Shown: positions 35,609-41,667 of the stretch, one piece after another
How positions within the stretch are numbered: position 1 is the first letter of the stretch
How the letters are laid out: every line of letters starts with the position of its first letter
Assembly (NCBI GenBank): GCA_017557715.1
Contig: JAFYYE010000230.1
Coordinates: 1 to 41,667 of the forward strand
Source: Pseudobutyrivibrio sp.
GTDB lineage: Bacteria; Bacillota; Clostridia; Lachnospirales; Lachnospiraceae
Direction: 5' to 3'
Length of the DNA stretch: 41,667 bases
Translations under genes and position numbers: made by a program
Notes under the pieces: model-generated
The model's input: the letters and a program-made list of their open reading frames with translations, nothing else
What the model was told of the DNA's origin: nothing
Database searches by the model: none

Positions 35609-36681
35609 TTCCTTTTATTGATCAAGGATTAAATAGGTGTTACCGGGTAAAGAATAAGTCTGGAGAAGAAAAAACATTTCTTATTCGATTAAGTGAACCC
35701 GGAGACGAAAAAGGAATGATTGAGTGTATTCGTGACGAATACGGTGACACCTATTTTAAGAGAAGTTTTTATAATGAAGGTTTTTTGGCTGAAAAGGCAA
35801 AAAAGAAAGAGATAATTTTCTTAGTTGCAGAGGTTATTGATACAGCTTTGAGAACGGAGTCCTCACGAACCGGAGAAATAGCTGGAATGACAATACTAAA
35901 GGATTTTTATCCAGAGGAATCCATGTGCGAGGTTGCATCACAAATATTTAAGAAAAAATATAGAGGTTTTGGACTGTCGATGATATTTTTTGAGCATAGC
36001 ATGTATATGGTTGAAAACACCAACCGTACATCTGTAATTTGTTTACCTGTTATGTTTCATGATATTACTCAAAGATTAATGAAACGATTTGGATTGGTGG
36101 CAACAGGTCTTATCATGAATGTGTTTGATGTAGAAGGAATTATACATTCATATGATAACGGAAGAAACACCAAACATTCTCAGGGATTGCAGGTAAAGAA
36201 AATATCTAAAACTAAGGTAGGCACTCTATATATACCAAGAGAACATATTAAGTTTTGTAAGAAAATATATAGATCCCTAGGTGTAAAGTATAAGATTTCA
36301 AGATTTTCCAAATATAATAGGAAAACTTCCTTTAGTGAGGTTACTTGTGCCCAAGACGCCAATCAAAACAGCTTAGAAATAAGAATCATTTCCATAGGTG
36401 ATGATGTGTTAGAACAGGTTGATAGGGTACTAAAGGAATATCCTTTAAGAGGAAAACAGACAGCCAATATTTTTCTAAATATTAATGATGAAAACGCAGT
36501 ATGGTTATATGAACAGCTCAAAAACAGGGATTGGTTTTTTGCTGGGTTAAGACCTTTATGTGGTAGAAATGAGTTTATGATTCTACACAACTGTGGAGAA
36601 ACTAAAGTATATTTTGAAGATTATCACATGAGTGAGGAGTTTAGAAAAATAGTTGAGTATGTACAAAAGCATAGGGGGTAA
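35605..36681 (+). CDS. GNAT-like N-acetyltransferase domain protein
   Basis: IR...P.D..GMIECI..EYG.TY; KKYRGFGLS acetyl-CoA motif A; ATGA-coupled to the STAS gene. Confidence 0.65.
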   Translation: MIPFIDQGLNRCYRVKNKSGEEKTFLIRLSEPGDEKGMIECIRDEYGDTYFKRSFYNEGFLAEKAKKKEIIFLVAEVIDTALRTESSRTGEIAGMTILKDFYPEESMCEVASQIFKKKYRGFGLSMIFFEHSMYMVENTNRTSVICLPVMFHDITQRLMKRFGLVATGLIMNVFDVEGIIHSYDNGRNTKHSQGLQVKKISKTKVGTLYIPREHIKFCKKIYRSLGVKYKISRFSKYNRKTSFSEVTCAQDANQNSLEIRIISIGDDVLEQVDRVLKEYPLRGKQTANIFLNINDENAVWLYEQLKNRDWFFAGLRPLCGRNEFMILHNCGETKVYFEDYHMSEEFRKIVEYVQKHRG

Positions 36682-36687
36682 AAAGTT

Positions 36688-37329
36688 ATGCCAATTTTAA
36701 ATTTAGAACATAATACCATTATTGAAAAAGTTATTGACGCTTGTGAGTTTAACGAAGGAGAAGCTGATATTTCCAAATATATTAGAGGCGGAATATGCTT
36801 TGCCTTGAGTGTGGAATGGTTAAGAGCTATTCATGAAAATGTAGCGGGCTGGAATAATGTTTACGGTACAACAAATCATTATAATGCAAATCCAACGTAT
36901 TATATGCAGATCGCTAGAAATTTTCAGGCTTATAAAAGAAGCGATGAAAATTCATTGAGAAGCTTATTAGGAACCAAGACAGTCGAGGCGGATTATACTG
37001 CATTTGCAAGCTTAATGACAGGCAATATTTTTAAGAGATGTGATCCAGGTTCTGGTCATATTAAAACTCCTGATGTATTGGCAAAACAAATCTGTAGTTC
37101 TAGTAATTATTTATTGTTTTATATGGATTTAAAAGAAGGCGCTCATGCAGTAGCTGCATATGTTGATAAAACCAATGGAACAGTATATTTTTATGATCCA
37201 AATTGTGGAGTAGTAAGTTATTCATCAGAAGCTCAGTTGAAGGAATTTCTCACTGAATGGTGGGGAGAGTATAAGGATAAAAGCACAATTAAAAATGTTG
37301 CGCTATATATGGTTATTCCATCAAAATAA
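36688..37329 (+). CDS. YopT/C58-like cysteine protease
   Basis: GICFALSVEWL (Cys), GAHAVAA (His), YFYDPNCG (Asp) triad. Confidence 0.8.
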   Translation: MPILNLEHNTIIEKVIDACEFNEGEADISKYIRGGICFALSVEWLRAIHENVAGWNNVYGTTNHYNANPTYYMQIARNFQAYKRSDENSLRSLLGTKTVEADYTAFASLMTGNIFKRCDPGSGHIKTPDVLAKQICSSSNYLLFYMDLKEGAHAVAAYVDKTNGTVYFYDPNCGVVSYSSEAQLKEFLTEWWGEYKDKSTIKNVALYMVIPSK

Positions 37330-37355
37330 TAAACTCAATTAATAAGTTGATATAT

Positions 37356-37389
37356 GACCGGTCATGTAGACCATGGCCGGTCTATTTTT
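37356..37389 (+). terminator. Hairpin/terminator after the protease gene
   Basis: gaccggtcatg-tagac-catggccggtc followed by tattttt. Confidence 0.6.
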
Positions 37390-37395
37390 AACAAT

Positions 37396-39594
37396 ATGAA
37401 AAGAAAAAAATCAATTCAAAATAAAATAATAGCCCTGCTGCTATCTTCTGTATTAACTGCTTTATTTATTTCGTCAACGTTAGCCTTGTTAAACATAAAT
37501 TCCATGAAAAAAAGTTTTGACAATCAAAGTGAGGAATTCGAGCAATCTACAACAATTTATGTTGAAGATGAAATGATAGATAAAACATGCAAGCAGCTAT
37601 TAATTTTATCCGATAGTAATGCAGCGGCTATAGATAAAAGATTTGAAAATATAAATCATGATGTGGATGGAATTGTAAACCTTGCGGAACATATATATGC
37701 CAATCCAGCTCTCTATAAAGCCAGAAAGGTGGATTTGCCACAAAGGAATAATTACAATTTATCCACTCAGTTATTGTGGTCAAAAAGTATTAGTGATAAT
37801 ACGACCGATAGTCCTACAGTTCCTTCATATACACAAGAAATATCAAAGTTGGCCAACATACAGGATTTGCTGTATGAGATAAACTATAGTAACGATATGA
37901 TTTCATCTGTATACATAGCCACAGAATCCGGCTGGATGATACAGGCAGATTACATATCCAATAAGAAATATTCTGGAGAAAAAGAATTGCCTGATAATTA
38001 TGAGGCATCAGAGCGTCCGTGGTTTATTAATGCAAAAAATAGTGAACGAGGAGAAATAGTTCACACGGAAGTTTTTCAGGATATACATAGCAAATCGGAT
38101 TGTATAGTTTGTTCGAAAGCGGTATATAAAGGGAATGTCTTTGTTGGAGTTGTGGGCGTAGGTTCATATTTGGATGAGATATATCAAGAAGTAGATAAAA
38201 CTAAAACTGTGCTTGAAAAAAATTATTCAAATACAGGGTATGCCTTTTTAGTAGATGAAAATGGAAAAATTGTAGTATCAGGTGCAACTAGTGGAGAAAC
38301 TGCAGTAATAGGAGAAACAAATACTGACTTAAAAAGAAGTAGTAACAGTGATTTGAGAACCCTTGCAGAATCTATGCAGAAAAAAGAGAGTAAATGCACG
38401 AAAATAAAAATCAATGATAAAGAAGTATTTATTGCATATGCGCCACTAGATACGTTGGGATGGAGCTTTGCCACAGTTGTAGATGCCGAAGAAATATTAA
38501 CGCCGGCTAATGAAAGCAAAGAGATGATAAATACTTTGAATTCTAATTTTAATAAAAGCGTAGGAGATTCACAGCAGGTTATAATAATAGAATTTATTAT
38601 TGTGACCATGGTTTTGTTTATTGTGTTTGGATTTTTATCTATTAAATTAGGTAAACGTATTTCCGAACCAGTTCAAAAACTTACTGCTGAAGTAGTAGGA
38701 ACTAATGGAAAAAATCTTGATGGTTTAATTGAATTTGATACAAACGATGAGTTAGAGGATCTTGCAAATGCATTTAACAATATGCGCTTGCAGATAAAAG
38801 AATATATTGAAAATATTAAAATAATCACTAAAGAAAAAGAGAGAATACATACGGAATTACTAGTGGCAACAAACATTCAAAATGATATGCTTCCTGACAG
38901 TTCAAGCATGCTAAATAGTAGTGAAGAATTTTCAATTTATGCTATAGCATATCCGGCGAAAGAAGTCGGAGGTGATTTCTATGATTTTTTCTTTATAGAC
39001 CAAGACCATTTGGCATTTATAGTAGCTGATGTTTCCGGTAAAAGTGTTCCGGCAGGTTTATTTATGGTAATGGCAAAAACACTGATAGAAAATCAGTTGA
39101 TGTTGGGGAAGAATCCTGCTGAGACTTTTGAAGATGTTAATTCTGCATTATGTAGAAATAATCGTAATGGCATGTTTTTAACTGCGTGGTTAGGTTTTTT
39201 AGAACTATCAACTGGCAAGTTGGACTATGTAAACGCTGGTCACAATTGCCCGCTATTATATGAAGCTGAATCTAATACGTATAGTTGGCTTACTGGAGTC
39301 AGTGGCTTTGTATTAGCTGGTATGGAGGATATGACTTACGAACAGAAACATATGGTATTAAAAAAAGGAGACAAGATTTTTGTTTATAGTGATGGAGTGC
39401 CAGAGGCAAATGATATTAAAGGGGATATGTATGGGAATGCTGCATTAGAACTATTCTTTAGTAGGAATTCATCACTTAATCCTGATTCCTTCTGTGGTCA
39501 ATTAAAAACTTCATTAGAACAATTTCAAGGTGAGGCAGAACAATTTGATGATATTACAATGCTATTTTTAGAATATAATGGGGGCAAAAAATGA
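37396..39594 (+). CDS. Membrane sensor phosphatase: TM-dCache-TM-HAMP-SpoIIE/PP2C (RsbU-like)
   Basis: ERPWF cache motif, DELEDLANAFNNM HAMP, EVGGDFYD, ADVSGK, NAGH, YSDGVPEA, QFDDIT; start 37396 or 37354. Confidence 0.92.
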   Translation: MKRKKSIQNKIIALLLSSVLTALFISSTLALLNINSMKKSFDNQSEEFEQSTTIYVEDEMIDKTCKQLLILSDSNAAAIDKRFENINHDVDGIVNLAEHIYANPALYKARKVDLPQRNNYNLSTQLLWSKSISDNTTDSPTVPSYTQEISKLANIQDLLYEINYSNDMISSVYIATESGWMIQADYISNKKYSGEKELPDNYEASERPWFINAKNSERGEIVHTEVFQDIHSKSDCIVCSKAVYKGNVFVGVVGVGSYLDEIYQEVDKTKTVLEKNYSNTGYAFLVDENGKIVVSGATSGETAVIGETNTDLKRSSNSDLRTLAESMQKKESKCTKIKINDKEVFIAYAPLDTLGWSFATVVDAEEILTPANESKEMINTLNSNFNKSVGDSQQVIIIEFIIVTMVLFIVFGFLSIKLGKRISEPVQKLTAEVVGTNGKNLDGLIEFDTNDELEDLANAFNNMRLQIKEYIENIKIITKEKERIHTELLVATNIQNDMLPDSSSMLNSSEEFSIYAIAYPAKEVGGDFYDFFFIDQDHLAFIVADVSGKSVPAGLFMVMAKTLIENQLMLGKNPAETFEDVNSALCRNNRNGMFLTAWLGFLELSTGKLDYVNAGHNCPLLYEAESNTYSWLTGVSGFVLAGMEDMTYEQKHMVLKKGDKIFVYSDGVPEANDIKGDMYGNAALELFFSRNSSLNPDSFCGQLKTSLEQFQGEAEQFDDITMLFLEYNGGKK

Positions 39595-39659
39595 AAGAAT
39601 GGTCAGGTACTCCCAACCAAGATACACAGGTAAAAATACAAACTTCACTAAAAAAATAG
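39591..39659 (+). pseudogene. 22-codon stub coupled to the phosphatase, probably a truncated downstream gene
   Basis: ATGA overlap with the PP2C stop and GGGGG RBS, but the frame stops inside the terminator. Confidence 0.4.
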
Positions 39660-39683
39660 AGCCATAAGTGCTCTATTTTTTTA
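39649..39683. terminator. Bidirectional terminator
   Basis: taaaaaaatagagc-cataagt-gctctattttttta perfect inverted repeat between convergent genes. Confidence 0.8.
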
Positions 39684-39918
39684 CCGTATATTCATCTAAG
39701 TCATATTTGTCTGTTTCAGAATCGTCTACAAAAGCAATTATTTCGTCTGGCTCACAGGACAGTATTTTACAAAATCGGTCGATTGAAGAAAGTGTGTAGT
39801 TATGATTGTGTTTTAATCTGTATACTTCTACAGGATTAAAGTCGTAATTTTCTACAAGTTGGTATGTGGTAATTCCACGTTTTTTTAGTTGTTCCCATAA
39901 AGGATCAAATGTAATCAT
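39673..39918 (-). CDS. Cro/C1-type HTH regulator
   Basis: MITFDPLWEQLKKRGITTYQL......RLK.N....SIDRFCKILSCEPDEI; GGGAG RBS on the minus strand. Confidence 0.85.
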   Translation of the reverse strand: MITFDPLWEQLKKRGITTYQLVENYDFNPVEVYRLKHNHNYTLSSIDRFCKILSCEPDEIIAFVDDSETDKYDLDEYTVKK

Positions 39919-40041
39919 AAACTAGCTCTCCCGCATAAAAACCTGAGGTTCACACACAAGTATGAGATAATTTTATTATATTTATAGTATATTAACAGGT
40001 TAAATCATTTGATAATATACATTTAAGTAATTCAGAGTAAA

Positions 40042-40222
40042 AAAGAAGGGTTTTAACAAAAGAGGAGCAGATTACATTTTTTGAATGCTCAAAAGGTACA
40101 TATTTTGACAACTTATTCGTAGTGGCAGTTACCACTGGAATGAGAATTGGTGAGATATGTGCCTTGACATGGGATGATATTTATTTTAAAACTAAGAAGA
40201 TATCTGTCGCCAAAACACTCAG
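40042..40222 (+). pseudogene. Integrase fragment, near-identical to 30620-30800
   Basis: Manual alignment gives 171/181 identities, ungapped; no start codon or continuation. Confidence 0.9.
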
Positions 40223-40374
40223 CAAATCGACGTTTGTAAGGTTCTTATGTTAGAGAAAGAGCTTGACAACTTCCGGTCTATCGACTTGTTGTTAACCAAC
40301 ACATAACAAAAAAGACTTGTTTTTATATTTATAGAAAGCTCCCACTAATAACGTAACCACATAAACTTCTAAAA

Positions 40375-40603
40375 ATACATCCCAAATGGGAATTTTATAG
40401 TTTTTGGATGGATACTAATGGAGTTTGTTTTGAAGTAATGCATCCCGTAGGTAAGATTTTGGTATTTGGGATGAAAAGGTGTTTAGTGCTATGCATCCTA
40501 AATGTTGACTTTCATTCTATGGGCTGCATACATATATAAATTTAAGTTTTTATAGAAAACGGGATGCATCCCAATGTTGATGTTTTATTACTGGGGCTGC
40601 ATG
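40375..40603. repeat. Cluster of direct and inverted (G)CATCCC / GGGATG / GGGCTGCAT motifs
   Basis: atgcatcctaaatgttga..gggctgcat and atgcatcccaatgttga..gggctgcat, palindrome gggatgcatccc at 40561-40572. Confidence 0.55.
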
Positions 40604-40659
40604 CTTGGTCATTTACTAAGAAGAAATCGCTAAATTCCAATTTATAAGGGGGAAAGAAA

Positions 40660-40995
40660 ATGAACATTGGAGCTTGGATGTGTGGCGTTTTAGTTTTACC
40701 ATTTGCTATTGTAGGATTGCTATTTGGAATATTTAAAGAAAAAGCAACTAAATTTGTAGCTGGATTTAATTCATTTTCTGAGGATGAACAGGCTATGTAT
40801 GATAGAGCGGCTATATCGAGAGATATAAAAAATCAGTGCTTTATATGGTCAGGATTAATGCTTCTAGGAACAATTCTTTCATATGCCATTACAACATATA
40901 TGGCTATTCCAACATTTATTATTTGGTTTATCTTGTTCTTCAAGGATACTCATATAGATGTTCATAAGGCTTTTGATAAATATTTAATTAAATAG
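40660..40995 (+). CDS. DUF3784-like membrane protein
   Basis: TM helix, then VAGFNS....Q..YD, then two TM helices. Confidence 0.75.
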   Translation: MNIGAWMCGVLVLPFAIVGLLFGIFKEKATKFVAGFNSFSEDEQAMYDRAAISRDIKNQCFIWSGLMLLGTILSYAITTYMAIPTFIIWFILFFKDTHIDVHKAFDKYLIK

Positions 40996-41055
40996 AGATT
41001 ATTTATGCTAGAATAGATTTAACAGAGTTGCCAGGTGCGATGAACACTTGGGATC

Positions 41056-41082
41056 AAGCCGAGCATTGAGCTTGGCTTTTTT
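41056..41082 (+). terminator. Intrinsic terminator
   Basis: aagccgagc-attga-gcttggctt followed by T-run. Confidence 0.75.
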
Positions 41083-41168
41083 ACTTTAAGGAGATTGCAT
41101 TATAAAAAAGAGAAAGTTTGTTCTGTTTTTATGATTATGAGTCTGTTATAATTAAATGTATGAATAAA

Positions 41169-41667
41169 ATGATACAAAGACCAATACTTAATACTAATTT
41201 AGACAGTGATACTTTTAGAAGTTACTATTATTTAAAGGAAGAGCTTGTAGAATTCTGCAGAAACAATGGAATTCCTACATCAGGAGGCAAATTAGAACTT
41301 ACTGATAGAATAACCTATTTTTTGGATACAGGAAATGTGAAAAAAGTTACTAAGATTAAGAGTGTTACTGTAGATGTAGGAGAAATTACTGAAGAAACAA
41401 TTATAGAACCTAATATAGTTTGCTCAGAGAAGCACAGAGCTTTTTTCAGGGAAAGGATTGGCAAATCATTTTCTTTTAATGTGCAGTTTCAGAAATGGTT
41501 AAAGTCGAACGCAGGCAAGACGTATTGTGATGCAATTGAGGCTTATCATTTAATACTTGAAGAAAAGAAAAAGGGTAAAACCACGATAGACAAGCAGTTT
41601 GAATACAACACTTACATTAGGGACTTTTTTGAAGATAATCAGGGCAAAAGTTTGGATGATGCTATTA
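41169..41667 (+). CDS. SAP-domain / DUF6434-like protein, truncated by the window end
   Basis: MIQRPIL...F.SYYYLKEEL..FCR..GIPTSGGK.EL..RI ... CSE..RAFF...IG..FSFNV.F..W ... TTIDKQFEYNTYIRDFF. Confidence 0.75.
   Translation, partial: MIQRPILNTNLDSDTFRSYYYLKEELVEFCRNNGIPTSGGKLELTDRITYFLDTGNVKKVTKIKSVTVDVGEITEETIIEPNIVCSEKHRAFFRERIGKSFSFNVQFQKWLKSNAGKTYCDAIEAYHLILEEKKKGKTTIDKQFEYNTYIRDFFEDNQGKSLDDAI

Noticed and set aside
320-38876. Short antisense and alternate-frame ORFs from the track (e.g. 736-1050, 7698-8030, 17375-17803, 34040-34471, 38223-38609)
   Set aside because: They overlap well-supported + strand genes and have no recognisable motifs; treated as shadow ORFs
40042-40222. DGR template/variable repeat pair with 30620-30800
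   Set aside because: Mismatches are not adenine-specific (5 of 10 at A in the gene copy), most altered codons are synonymous, and no reverse transcriptase is present

Overview
AT-rich Bacillota (Clostridia, Lachnospiraceae-like by gene content) accessory region with almost every gene on the + strand. It has four parts. (1) About 1-9.9 kb and 21.1-26.5 kb hold small cargo genes: SpoVG-like, DUF4317-like, Dabb barrel, Sel1-repeat, UDG-like, a WYL regulator, a DEDDh exonuclease, Zn-ribbon and acidic micro-proteins, and a lipoprotein. Several are preceded by a shared TGTCCRWTWAA promoter motif. (2) About 9.98-21.07 kb is a defence island: an Mza-like GHKL ATPase/Z1/DUF4420/AIPR block, an HNH nuclease, and a BbvI-like C5 methyltransferase with an AlwI/FokI-type type IIS endonuclease. 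(3) About 26.6-31.7 kb is the regulation/recombination end of an integrative element: XRE, an 11x11-bp repeat array, a Com-like Zn finger, structured leaders, a sigma-region-4 protein, an orphan PemK/MazF toxin, two excisionases, a tyrosine integrase and a candidate att site. (4) About 31.9-39.7 kb is an unusual operon: GH24 lysozyme, two DUF2589-like paralogues with coiled-coil tails, STAS, GNAT-like protein, YopT/C58-like cysteine protease and a dCache-HAMP-PP2C phosphatase. It is followed by a 181-bp remnant of a sibling integrase. No rRNA, tRNA or CRISPR array was seen. All family calls come from motif recognition by eye, not database searches.
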